Shown here in pieces: positions 6,109 through 14,993 of a stretch of 42,218 nucleotides of DNA. Where the stretch lies: IMG/VR virus record IMGVR_UViG_3300009537_000049, positions 1 to 42,218 of that record; one strand, written 5' to 3'. The notes beneath the pieces are model-generated. The model ran no database searches. It was not told where the DNA came from and saw only the letters and a list, made by a program, of their open reading frames with translations. Position 1 is the first letter of the stretch, and each line of letters starts with the position of its first letter. This stretch comes from a virus. The position numbers and the translations under genes are program-made.

Positions 6109-6509
6109 AAAAACTTATTCTGTTATTGATTTTCTTGAGCCTCTCGTCATGCGCTTTTTCGGAAGTGGAGACGATGACGATTGACAAGAAAACCGAACTT
6201 ACAGACGACCAAACATACTACTACGGCGTCACCGCAGAGGAAGAAGGATGGCGAACCTTCCAGAGCGCGGTCGTGCCAAAAAACAGCTTCCTCACAATTC
6301 AACCGGAATTTAACGGACCGGAGATCGTCGTTATTCGGTATGACAGACCGGACGAATGGGAAGTTATGGAGGATATTGTAGTTGTGTTTCCTCCACATTC
6401 GCAAGGAACGACGAGAATGATTTTTAACCTTCCAATGAAGACCAACAGTCTATCTATTCCCAAAGGCACCAAGATTTACTTCGGGGAAAAGGCAAGAAAG
6501 AGAGCGTAG
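6105..6509 (+). CDS. lipoprotein (134 aa)
   Basis: MKKLILLLIFLSLSSC has a canonical lipobox LSSC. GAGGAGGGGGAG lies upstream of ATG 6105. By eye the gene is more A/T-rich than its neighbours. Confidence 0.7.
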   Translation: MKKLILLLIFLSLSSCAFSEVETMTIDKKTELTDDQTYYYGVTAEEEGWRTFQSAVVPKNSFLTIQPEFNGPEIVVIRYDRPDEWEVMEDIVVVFPPHSQGTTRMIFNLPMKTNSLSIPKGTKIYFGEKARKRA

Positions 6510-6510
6510 A

Positions 6511-6723
6511 TTGACTAAACCTATAGAATACCGCGGCAAAAAGTACGATGTCAAGGTGACGGAGCGCGAAGGATCGGACGGCGTTCTGGAAACGCACGTT
6601 GACTATGCGCCGCACAAGAAGCCCGGCTTAAGCCGGTACGTCAAAGCATTCTACTGTTTGCGTCACGGATGGCAGGAATGTCAAGGCAGACGAGGATGCC
6701 AGAAATGCAGGGACGACAGATGA
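6511..6723 (+). CDS. hypothetical protein (70 aa) with a Cys/His-rich C-terminus
   Basis: TTG start directly after the upstream stop. Its TGA overlaps ATG 6720 of the helicase gene. The C-terminus reads CLRHGWQECQGRRGCQKC. Confidence 0.4.
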   Translation: MTKPIEYRGKKYDVKVTEREGSDGVLETHVDYAPHKKPGLSRYVKAFYCLRHGWQECQGRRGCQKCRDDR

Positions 6724-8042
6724 ACACACTCATGCCCTTCCAAAAAGAAGGCGTCGACTTTCTCAAAGACCGTCAGAAAGCCCTTCTCGCAGACGAGATG
6801 GGGTTGGGCAAGAGCGTCATGGCCATCTGTGCCATCAACGAAATCAATGCCCGGCAGGTTCTTATCGTGTGTCCGGCCGGGCTGAAATTAAATTGGCAAA
6901 GGGAGATGAAACGATGGTTAAAAAATCGGGAACTAAAAATTCAGGTGCTCAATGGGCGAAACGACTTATTAGCGAAGACGTCAAATGTGGTCATTGTCAA
7001 TTACGACCTTCTTATAGCGCCGAAGATTTTTTCGCAGTTGTTGGCATCAAAATTTGCCGTAGGTGTTTTCGACGAATCTCATTATCTAAAAAACCGGTCC
7101 GCGAAACGTACGCGAGCTGTTTTCTTGAGAGGGGCCATCGCGTCGAAGTGCGTGTACAAGTGGTTTTTAACCGGAACTCCTATACTCAACAGACCCGTCG
7201 AGTTGTACCCCCTTCTAAAAGCCGTCGCGCCTGAAGTCATCGCCCCGTACGACAGCTACGGATCGTACGCGCAGCGCTTCTGCGACGCGTTTTTCGACGG
7301 GTTTCAGTTGGTAGCGAAGGGGGCGTCGCACGTGGATGATCTCTCGGTACGGCTCGGCAGCGGGTTCATGCTCCGCCGCAAAAAAGCAGACGTATTAAAG
7401 GAACTCCCGGACAAGATGTACCAGATGGTATCGCTCCCGGCGAAGGATTCGAACGTGAAGAAACTGCTCGTTCAGGAATTCAACTGGACCAAAACCGAGG
7501 CCAAGAGACAGGCCGTAGGTGCGGATGGCGCGGATCTGGCCCGGTTGCGGCATGAGTTGGCGCTCTCGAAGGTGTCAACGGCCGTAGATCACATCGAGAA
7601 TTTACTCGACTCTGAATCCAAAATTGTTGTCTTCGCGTACCATCGGGCGGTCATCGCACAGCTTCGGGATAAACTTGAACGCTACGGCGCTGTCTCGATT
7701 TCAGGCGACACGCCCTCGGCTGCGCGGCAAGCGGTCGTGGATAAATTCCAGACGGACAAAGATTGCCGGGTTTTCATCGGCCAGATACAGGCCGCCGGAG
7801 TCGGCATCACCCTCACAGCCGCGTCGACGGTCGTTTTCGTGGAGTCCTCTTGGGTGCCGGGCGAGATCGATCAGGCCGTCGATCGCTGTCACCGCATCGG
7901 CCAGAAAGATTCCGTTCTCGTGCAGTTTTTGGTAATCGCAGAGTCGCTAGAAGAACACATGATCCGGACGGTTATCGATAAAAGACAGACGATCGCAAAA
8001 ATCGTCGACCAATCTCCGGAAGTCGCGTACCTTTTTACGTGA
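6720..8042 (+). CDS. SNF2-family DEAD/H helicase
   Basis: Motif I is ADEMGLGKS and motif II is FDESHYLKN. The helicase-C region reads QAAGVGITLTAASTVVFVESSWVPGEIDQAVDRCHRIGQ. ATG 6720 is preferred (ATGA coupling), but the ORF extends to 6669. Confidence 0.9.
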   Translation: MNTLMPFQKEGVDFLKDRQKALLADEMGLGKSVMAICAINEINARQVLIVCPAGLKLNWQREMKRWLKNRELKIQVLNGRNDLLAKTSNVVIVNYDLLIAPKIFSQLLASKFAVGVFDESHYLKNRSAKRTRAVFLRGAIASKCVYKWFLTGTPILNRPVELYPLLKAVAPEVIAPYDSYGSYAQRFCDAFFDGFQLVAKGASHVDDLSVRLGSGFMLRRKKADVLKELPDKMYQMVSLPAKDSNVKKLLVQEFNWTKTEAKRQAVGADGADLARLRHELALSKVSTAVDHIENLLDSESKIVVFAYHRAVIAQLRDKLERYGAVSISGDTPSAARQAVVDKFQTDKDCRVFIGQIQAAGVGITLTAASTVVFVESSWVPGEIDQAVDRCHRIGQKDSVLVQFLVIAESLEEHMIRTVIDKRQTIAKIVDQSPEVAYLFT

Positions 8043-8092
8043 AGTCTTCCCACGAAAAGCGAAGACTCGGAACACAACGAAAGGAAACGAAC

Positions 8093-8455
8093 ATGCTAGA
8101 AGAACAACTGAAGCGGATCGCGGATTCGCTCGAGGCAATCGCGAACGGCCTCTCGAATAAAGGCGGGTTTATTACCGGTCCCCCGCAAACAGCAGGCGGT
8201 GAAGCGCCCGCGCCCGTGAAACCCCGTACGTCGAAGAAGACAGCAACGCCCGTCCCCGCCCATCAGCCGGATCCGGCTGCTGAAGCCGTGACCAAAGACG
8301 ATCTCACGGACATGCTTCGTGAAGTCGTGCGCGTGAAGAGCGCGGATGTTGCCAAAGGGGTGTTGGCGAAATTCGGGGCTGATCGAATCAGCGCCGTGGA
8401 CGAAGCGCAGTACCCGAAACTCTACAACGAACTCAAGACGGTGGCCGGTGGCTAA
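8093..8455 (+). CDS. hypothetical protein (120 aa) with a Pro/Ala-rich linker
   Basis: ATG 8093 follows ACGAAAGGAAACGAAC. The ORF-track start at 8039 overlaps the helicase stop. Confidence 0.6.
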   Translation: MLEEQLKRIADSLEAIANGLSNKGGFITGPPQTAGGEAPAPVKPRTSKKTATPVPAHQPDPAAEAVTKDDLTDMLREVVRVKSADVAKGVLAKFGADRISAVDEAQYPKLYNELKTVAGG

Positions 8456-9689
8456 ACACTCACCCATCAGCGCATCCACCGCTCACAGATGGTTCGCGTG
8501 TCCGGGCAGCGTCGAGCTTTCCAAGTCGGCGCCGCCGCAGAAGCAGTCCGTTTATGCTCTGCAAGGATCCGCGGCGCATTGGGTGATCGAGCAGATACTG
8601 AAAACCGACAAACCGATCGATATCTATTCCTTCGTCGGAAAAATCTACAAAGACGAGGATTTGGAATACGAGATTCAAGAAGACGATATCGATTCGTGTC
8701 TGGTGTTCGTTGAGCTCATCAACGAAGTACGCGGATCCGCTAAGTACATTCTGCACTCGGAGGCCAAGCTCGACCTTTCCTGTATCTATCCGGTACTGGC
8801 CGGGACTGCGGATGCGATTCTCATCGAATCAAATCTGAAACGCCTCAAAGTGTACGACTACAAACACGGATCCGGCGTGCCGGTGAACGTCGAGAACAAC
8901 AAGCAGTTGTTGTACTACGCGTTGGGCGCGATCAACTACGTCTGCGACAAACACAAGATCGATTATTTGAGCGTCTTGGGATGGGGCCAGACGTTCAAAG
9001 AAGTCGAGATCTCGATCGTGCAGCCGCGCTGCCGACACAAGGACGGCGCTGTGCGTTCGTGGGTTGTGCCATCGGACGTGCTCGACGCGTTTGCCGCGGA
9101 GTTAAAGGAGAAGGCCGCAGCCACGGCGGACAAAAAAGCACCGCTCGTGACCGGATCTCACTGCCGATTTTGCCCCGCACTTGCCATCTGCCCCGCCTTC
9201 ACGAATCAGACATTCGAGTTGGCGCAGGCGGATTTCAAAGCGGTGTCGAGTCCGGTCAATCTCAACTTGCCTGCGCCGCAAGCGCTGACAAAGCCCGAGA
9301 TCGCGAAGATACTCAATTTCGCGGACATGATCTCGGAGTGGTTGAAGGCAGTCGAGGCGCACGCACTTAGTGTCATGGAGCACGGGGAGGAAATGCCGGG
9401 CTTCAAGCTCGTTAAAAAGCGCTCGAACCGTAAGTGGATCGACGAATCAGAAACTGCTGCGACTCTCTCGATGGTGTTGCAGGACGAGGAGATGTACAAA
9501 AAATCTCTTCTTTCTCCCGCACAGATGGAGAAGACGCTCGGCAAGAAACGCAAGGGTATGATTGAGACTCTTGTGATGGTACCCGAGAGCGGAAACACCA
9601 TCGCTCCGGAGCACGATCCGCGCGAGCCGGTCAAGGGATCGGCTGTTGCGGATTTCGAAACGAACGAACAACGAAAGGAACGAACATGA
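8448..9689 (+). CDS. PD-(D/E)XK Cas4-like nuclease (DUF2800-like)
   Basis: GTG 8448 gives the N-terminus AKHSPISASTAHRWFACPGS, which is typical of DUF2800. The C-terminal Cys cluster is HCRFCPALAICP. Its position beside the DUF2815-like SSB and the polymerase matches the known module. Confidence 0.8.
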   Translation: MAKHSPISASTAHRWFACPGSVELSKSAPPQKQSVYALQGSAAHWVIEQILKTDKPIDIYSFVGKIYKDEDLEYEIQEDDIDSCLVFVELINEVRGSAKYILHSEAKLDLSCIYPVLAGTADAILIESNLKRLKVYDYKHGSGVPVNVENNKQLLYYALGAINYVCDKHKIDYLSVLGWGQTFKEVEISIVQPRCRHKDGAVRSWVVPSDVLDAFAAELKEKAAATADKKAPLVTGSHCRFCPALAICPAFTNQTFELAQADFKAVSSPVNLNLPAPQALTKPEIAKILNFADMISEWLKAVEAHALSVMEHGEEMPGFKLVKKRSNRKWIDESETAATLSMVLQDEEMYKKSLLSPAQMEKTLGKKRKGMIETLVMVPESGNTIAPEHDPREPVKGSAVADFETNEQRKERT

Positions 9690-10279
9690 GTATGATTAAA
9701 CTCCTGACACCGGTTTTCCGTGTGTCATTTCCGCAGGTTTTTGAGCCGCGCGCGATTCAGCCCGGCCAGACACCGAAGTACAGCATGACGATGCTCTTTG
9801 ACTTGTCGAAGATCAACACCGACAAGTCGGAAAAGAAGCGTTGGGATGACTTGATCGCGGCGGTGAAGGAAGTCGCGAAAGAGAAATTCCCGAAGGGCAT
9901 TCCGGCAAATATGATGAACCCGTTCCGTGACGGGAAAGAGAAGGAGCAGTATCAGGGATACGGCGCCGGTATCACCTTCGTGAACGCGACCACGACCACG
10001 AGGCCGGGCCTTGTGGATCAGTCGCTTCAGAAGATCATCGCTCCGGAAGAGTTCTACGCCGGGTGCTATGCCCGCGCGACGGTAAACCCGTATGCGTGGT
10101 CGAAAGTAGGGAAGAACGGTGTCTCTCTCGGCCTTCAGAATATTCAGAAGGTTGCAGAAGGCGAGGCGTTCTCCGGCCGGACTCCGGCCGAGGAAGACTT
10201 CTCTGCGCTCGAAAGCGCAGCAGAAGAAACGCCGGGTGACAACTCCGCACCGAGTGTTGCGGAGTCGTTGTTCGGATAA
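9686..10279 (+). CDS. ssDNA-binding protein (DUF2815-like)
   Basis: The N-terminus is LTPVFRVSFPQVFEPRA...KYSMTMLF and the C-terminal tail is acidic. It has the usual synteny between the DUF2800-like nuclease and DNA polymerase A. The ATG is coupled to the upstream stop (ATGA). Confidence 0.7.
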   Translation: MSMIKLLTPVFRVSFPQVFEPRAIQPGQTPKYSMTMLFDLSKINTDKSEKKRWDDLIAAVKEVAKEKFPKGIPANMMNPFRDGKEKEQYQGYGAGITFVNATTTTRPGLVDQSLQKIIAPEEFYAGCYARATVNPYAWSKVGKNGVSLGLQNIQKVAEGEAFSGRTPAEEDFSALESAAEETPGDNSAPSVAESLFG

Positions 10280-10363
10280 AAGCACGCGGGGAACGCCGCC
10301 CATAAGCTAGGCGTGACAGCCGGAGAGACGGCACCACTTAAATAAAAGCAAAAGGAGAAAAGC

Positions 10364-10675
10364 ATGAGAGAGAAAATCGGACTGTACGCAGCCGCGCTAT
10401 TGATTGCGGCCTTTGTATTCTCGGCCCCCTGCATCGCCGGAGAAAAAAAAGAAGCCCCCGAGAAGCCGCCCACGACTGTTGAACTCGTGGACAAGCAGCT
10501 TGTGGCCGCGCGCGCGAGGCATAACAAAATCGTGGAAGCCATCAACTTCACGCAGGCGCGTCTCGATCTTCTGAAAAACGAATATCAGAAGGTGTTGGGT
10601 GAAATGGCCGGTCTTGAGAACTTCAAGAAGTCGCTCGCAGAGCCGGAGAAAAAAGAGGAAAATAAAAAAGCGTGA
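10364..10675 (+). CDS. exported coiled-coil protein (103 aa)
   Basis: Strong AAAGGAGAAAAG RBS. The hydrophobic leader LYAAALLIAAFVFSAPCIAG is followed by a Lys/Glu-rich helical region. Confidence 0.6.
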   Translation: MREKIGLYAAALLIAAFVFSAPCIAGEKKEAPEKPPTTVELVDKQLVAARARHNKIVEAINFTQARLDLLKNEYQKVLGEMAGLENFKKSLAEPEKKEENKKA

Positions 10676-12624
10676 TTTTTTTGGATTTCGAAACCCGCAG
10701 TAATTGTGTTATTCAGGATACAGGCACTCACCGCTATGCAGAGGATCCGTCCACGGACGTTCTCTGCACAGCGTGGGCTGTGGATAAAGGACCGGTAGAG
10801 CTTTGGGTGCCGGGCGAGGCATTTCCAATTCCGATCGGCGTCCTGAAAAAACACAATATCGAGGCCCATTACGTAGGATTCGAGTGCGCGATCTGGAAGA
10901 ACGTGATGGTACGAAAATACGGATGGCCGGAAGTACCGGAAGACAAGTGGCGATGCTCGTCTGCACTCGGCGCTTCGTATGCCCTGCCTCGGGACTTGAA
11001 GCGCGTGGCAATAGCGCTGAACCTGCCAGTCCAAAAAGACATGGACGGCAAGCGCATTATGATGAAGCTCTCCCGCCCTCGAACCAAAGTCAAAAACAAT
11101 CCGGCCGAGCTCTGGAACCACCCGGCACACGACTTTCGAAAGCTCTACGAATACTGCAGGAACGACGTTGAGACGGAGAGAGCCATCCACTACCGCCTTC
11201 GGCCGCTCCCGGCCCTAGAACAGGAGATTTGGGCACTAGATCAACGTATTAACGAGCGGGGAGTCCGGGTTGACATGCCCGCTGTAAACGCGGCGCTCCG
11301 GTTTATGGATGTAACTTCACGCAGACTGCTTGAAGAATTTAAGAAGATAACCGGTCTTGATAGCCCGGGGCAGATTGCCAAGTTCCTGAAGTGGATCGAG
11401 ACACAAGGGATAAGGATCAAAACCCTGACCAAGAACGATGTTATAGCCCTTCTAGCAGAGCGGGATTTAAGCGTAGGGCTGCGCAGGGCGCTTGAGATCA
11501 GGCAGTCCCTTGCCAAGACCAGTACCGCCAAATATGAGGCTGTACGAGCTTCTATCTGCAAAGACGGGCGCCTGCGGGGGCTCTTGATGTATCACGGGGC
11601 GTCGACAGGGCGTTGGACGGGACAGCTCGTGCAGCCGCAGAACTTCCCGAAGAACACTTTCAAGGGGGATCTCAATACCTATTTTGAGATCTTGAAGCGC
11701 GGCGAGCTGGATGCTTTCGAGCTCTGCTATCCGGATGTCATGCACGCTCTCTCGAAGACCATCCGCGGGATCTTTATACCTTCAGAGGGGCATGTGTTCT
11801 TCGGCGGGGACTACTCGGCTATCGAAGCGCGGGTGCTCTTCTGGCTCGCCGGAGAGAAGCACGGGCTTGCCATGTTCCGGGAGAATCAGGACATCTACAA
11901 GGATCTGGCGGCCACCATTCACGGCGTGCCGTTTGAGAAGGTGACGAAAGAACAGCGTGAGCTTGGCAAGCGCGGGATCCTCGGTGCCGGATATGGCATG
12001 GGCAAGGACAAATTCCGGCAGACATGTTGGGACTTTGCGCGTATCAGAATATCAGAAGAGCTTGCCGAACGCGCCATCACCGCGTACCGCGGTAAGTATT
12101 ATTCTGTCTTTACGATGTGGCGGAACCAAGAGATGGCCGCTTTAGAGGCCGTACGGACGCGGAAAGCTGTCCGCTGCGGTAAAGTCACGTGGGGCGTTCA
12201 CGATGGATTTCTTTTTTGCAAGCTCCCATCCGGCCGGTGTCTGGCCTATTATGATCCCAAGATCGAGATCCGCGAAACTCCGTGGGGGGAGAAGAAAGAT
12301 TCCGTCACGTACATGACCATCAACCCCAAGACAAAAGAATGGATGCGCGATCATACGTATGGAGGGAAGATCACAGAGAATTTGTGCCAAGCGGTCGCGC
12401 GCGATATCATGGCGGAAGCGATGTTGCGGTGTGAAGAAGCAGGGTTCAAAGTGGTACTTTCTGTGCACGATGAACTGCTGACCGAAACGGAATATAAATT
12501 GAAATTCTGGAAACCGAAAGACCACATTGTTCTTTTCGAAATATTGATGGCGCGCCTTCCGGCATGGGCCGAAGGACTCCCTATCAAAGCGGAAGGGTGG
12601 ACCGGGGATAGGTATGTCAAGTGA
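10672..12624 (+). CDS. family A DNA polymerase with a 3'-5' exonuclease domain
   Basis: Exo I is FLDFETRS, motif A is GGDYSAIEARVLFWLAG, motif B is RELGKRGILGAGYGMG and motif C is LSVHDELL. Confidence 0.92.
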   Translation: MIFLDFETRSNCVIQDTGTHRYAEDPSTDVLCTAWAVDKGPVELWVPGEAFPIPIGVLKKHNIEAHYVGFECAIWKNVMVRKYGWPEVPEDKWRCSSALGASYALPRDLKRVAIALNLPVQKDMDGKRIMMKLSRPRTKVKNNPAELWNHPAHDFRKLYEYCRNDVETERAIHYRLRPLPALEQEIWALDQRINERGVRVDMPAVNAALRFMDVTSRRLLEEFKKITGLDSPGQIAKFLKWIETQGIRIKTLTKNDVIALLAERDLSVGLRRALEIRQSLAKTSTAKYEAVRASICKDGRLRGLLMYHGASTGRWTGQLVQPQNFPKNTFKGDLNTYFEILKRGELDAFELCYPDVMHALSKTIRGIFIPSEGHVFFGGDYSAIEARVLFWLAGEKHGLAMFRENQDIYKDLAATIHGVPFEKVTKEQRELGKRGILGAGYGMGKDKFRQTCWDFARIRISEELAERAITAYRGKYYSVFTMWRNQEMAALEAVRTRKAVRCGKVTWGVHDGFLFCKLPSGRCLAYYDPKIEIRETPWGEKKDSVTYMTINPKTKEWMRDHTYGGKITENLCQAVARDIMAEAMLRCEEAGFKVVLSVHDELLTETEYKLKFWKPKDHIVLFEILMARLPAWAEGLPIKAEGWTGDRYVK

Positions 12625-12974
12625 GGTCCGCCACACAACGCACGCTCGCGCTGTTGCGCGAAAGGGGGTACTTGCCTTATGTTGTTGAGACTTGGAACGC
12701 TTACGCAAGAGTTAGAAAAGATCTCTTTGGCTTCATTGATATCGTCGCTCTGCACCCTAAAGAACCCGGCGTTCTTGCTGTCCAGAGTACAGTCGGATCC
12801 CATCTGGCAGAACGAGTCAAAAAAGCAGAAGCCCTCCCCGCGTATCATCTCTGGATCTCACAAGGCAACCCTGTTGAATTCATCGCATGGCGTAAAATAA
12901 AATCGGACGCCAAACCTAAGCGGAAGGTCTGGCGCCCGATTGTCAGGCGTATTGCGTTCGCAGATCTTCTTTAG
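12621..12974 (+). CDS. small nuclease-like protein (Hjc/PD-(D/E)XK-like fold, tentative)
   Basis: 117 aa. LLRERGYLPYVVE...RKDLFGFIDIVAL...VLAVQST resembles small phage resolvase/endonuclease families, but canonical catalytic residues are not all evident. It is the last gene of the replication operon. Confidence 0.5.
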   Translation: MRSATQRTLALLRERGYLPYVVETWNAYARVRKDLFGFIDIVALHPKEPGVLAVQSTVGSHLAERVKKAEALPAYHLWISQGNPVEFIAWRKIKSDAKPKRKVWRPIVRRIAFADLL

Positions 12975-14074
12975 GTCGTCTGCACCGCTGTTCTGGAAGT
13001 TTCGACCCACTGCGTCCCATCACTCTTGAACGTCGCAGAGTAGACATCTGCTTCTAAATTAGCAAGCGTCAGAGTCCCCGTCGAAAGTATATTCGTCCCG
13101 AACGTGATGACTTCATCCCCGGATCCGCTCGTATCCGTAACAAAGATGATCGTCATCTCGTCACCGGCCGCACCCGCGCCGGAAGCGTTGATGGTCTGAT
13201 CTTCGTTATCGGTCGTGATCGTATCCGTAAACACGGCATGACCGGGTTGAACTGTAAGGGTCACAGTTGTGCCGGGCGTCAATGCCGTTGTTCCAGAGGA
13301 CAAATGAGCCACACCGGACTGGTCAGGAAGCGTCCAAGTGCGATCCGCTGTCACATCCGTAGGAACGAGGGAACCCTCGAAGCCGTCAGCCGTGGCTCCT
13401 TCGAACAAGATTCCGTTCGAGATGCCCGTCACTGCGTTCGCTGCATCGACGGCGTTCGTGGTCAGCGCACTCGTCATAAACGCGCTGTCAGCACCATTAT
13501 CCGGAATACTGATCGTCTGGTCAGCGGTCGCGTCAACGGGAGAGATGGTCGTCTCGAACCCGTCAGCCGTTGCACCTTCCAAAACGATTCCATTAGATAC
13601 CGCCCACACGCTATTCGCTGCGTCGATGTTATTGGTCGTAAGTGTAGAACCGACCAAAGCATAGTTGACAGCAAAATCCGGAAGCGTAGCCGTCGAATCA
13701 GCCGTAGGATCCGTGATCCCGAGCTTTAATTCAAACGCGTCTGCAGTCGCACCTTCAAACGTGATTGAATCTGCATTGAAGTGAACCGTATCCGCCGCCG
13801 CATCACCTAACACCACCGCACCGTTGGCAGTCAGTGTCGTAAACGTACCGGCTGCCGGTGTGGTGCCGCCTATCACCGCACCATCAATCGTACCCGCAGA
13901 AAGCACGATCGATTCAAAATCAATGTTGCCGGAACCGTCAATCGTGACGCCATCCCGGAGATTGATTTTGTGGAATTGCCCTTTGTTCGTTCCGTTCTGG
14001 CTGATCTGGATACTGGCAAATGCGGGCGTCGCGAACACCAGTAGCAAGAGAGCGAGAATTGTCGTTTTTTTCAT
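12971..14074 (-). CDS. secreted fibre/adhesin-like repeat protein (367 aa)
   Basis: The signal peptide is MKKTTILALLLLVFATPAFA. IGGTTPAAGTFTTL is present. There are three tandem units of about 50 aa (FEGATADxFE...D.TAD.T...PD). The RBS AAAAGGAGAAAAG is strong. Confidence 0.7.
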   Translation of the reverse strand: MKKTTILALLLLVFATPAFASIQISQNGTNKGQFHKINLRDGVTIDGSGNIDFESIVLSAGTIDGAVIGGTTPAAGTFTTLTANGAVVLGDAAADTVHFNADSITFEGATADAFELKLGITDPTADSTATLPDFAVNYALVGSTLTTNNIDAANSVWAVSNGIVLEGATADGFETTISPVDATADQTISIPDNGADSAFMTSALTTNAVDAANAVTGISNGILFEGATADGFEGSLVPTDVTADRTWTLPDQSGVAHLSSGTTALTPGTTVTLTVQPGHAVFTDTITTDNEDQTINASGAGAAGDEMTIIFVTDTSGSGDEVITFGTNILSTGTLTLANLEADVYSATFKSDGTQWVETSRTAVQTT

Positions 14075-14154
14075 TTCGCTTTTCTCCTTTTTGCTTCGTT
14101 ATCGCTGACGACTACCGCACCTACACCCGTCTGTCAGCCCTCGTGGTGTAAGAT

Positions 14155-14517
14155 TTAGATTTTCCATCCAGTCTTGTTGAATCTGTCCACGACCGGTCGG
14201 ATCATGGCATTTATGATACCACGAAAAATCTTCTCTTCGGTCTCCTCACCGATGAACGGAAGATCAATCAACTGATTGATCTTCTTGACCACGGTATCTT
14301 TCAAAGCATCGAGGACCATCGCGTGTTTGTCTTCGCCCGATAGAACCACATCGACTTCTTTAAGTCCTTTCGAGATTTCCTCTGTGTAGAAGACAGCCGC
14401 CCGCACCAGATCTTTCAAAGTTTGCCACATCTGGCCGAGATTCTTTGACTTCAGCGCTTCTCCAAATGCGTGAACAGCCCCGCCAATCTTACCGAAAAGC
14501 TCCTTTATAAAATCCAT
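14155..14517 (-). CDS. hypothetical protein (120 aa)
   Basis: The ORF tiles tightly with its neighbours. The region SGEDKHAMVLDALKD...IDLPFIGEETEEKIF loosely recalls the soluble domain of LL-H-type holin family proteins (weak, from memory). Confidence 0.55.
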   Translation of the reverse strand: MDFIKELFGKIGGAVHAFGEALKSKNLGQMWQTLKDLVRAAVFYTEEISKGLKEVDVVLSGEDKHAMVLDALKDTVVKKINQLIDLPFIGEETEEKIFRGIINAMIRPVVDRFNKTGWKI

Positions 14518-14518
14518 G

Positions 14519-14692
14519 TCATTCTCCTTTTTTGCCGAACAGTTTGTCCTTCCATTGTTTCACAACCGAGCTGTGGTCGAACCACTTGAGCCACGGCCCT
14601 TTCGTGGTCTTGAACATCTTCGCGGATTCTTTCTCGCTTACTTCGACAACCTCGCAGCCACGCTTGGCTCTCTTTCTTTTGGCCTCACCCAT
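14519..14692 (-). CDS. possible small basic protein (57 aa)
   Basis: Hand-translated as MGEAKRKRAKRGCEVVEV...KQWKDKLFGKKGE. Its ATG overlaps the upstream gene end by 8 nt, and its stop lies 1 nt before the next ATG. It fills the only gap in the gene tiling. Confidence 0.4.
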   Translation of the reverse strand: MGEAKRKRAKRGCEVVEVSEKESAKMFKTTKGPWLKWFDHSSVVKQWKDKLFGKKGE

Positions 14693-14993
14693 TTGGATAA
14701 GCCCGGGCCTTTACATCTGCAGCCCACTGTGTGATTTCCGGCAAAAGATCCTGAAGTGCTGTTATATCATCGTCACTGTCTGTATAGCACCCCTCTGCCA
14801 TTTCTTTGCAGAAGTTGAAGACCGGCCCCCGGGAGATCCGGACCGCGCGCTTTCCGTCGCCGGTGTTATCGGAGACCTGACCGCGCACCTCTCGAGTGAG
14901 CATGCGTCCGTCGATTTTCTCGTCCGCTTTATTGATCCCAAACTCAACGAGGTTGTTTTTGATCGCATCTTTTATACCATCAAAGAGTCCCAT
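14685..14993 (-). CDS. hypothetical protein (102 aa)
   Basis: ORF track. It tiles with its neighbours. No family recognised. Confidence 0.5.
   Translation of the reverse strand: MGLFDGIKDAIKNNLVEFGINKADEKIDGRMLTREVRGQVSDNTGDGKRAVRISRGPVFNFCKEMAEGCYTDSDDDITALQDLLPEITQWAADVKARAYPNG

Noticed and set aside
14075-14154. A bulged 9-bp hairpin and a weak CTGACA..TAGTCG promoter-like sequence in the gap before the last late gene.
   Set aside because: There is no U-tract for a terminator, and both promoter hexamers are poor compared with the four consensus promoters elsewhere.
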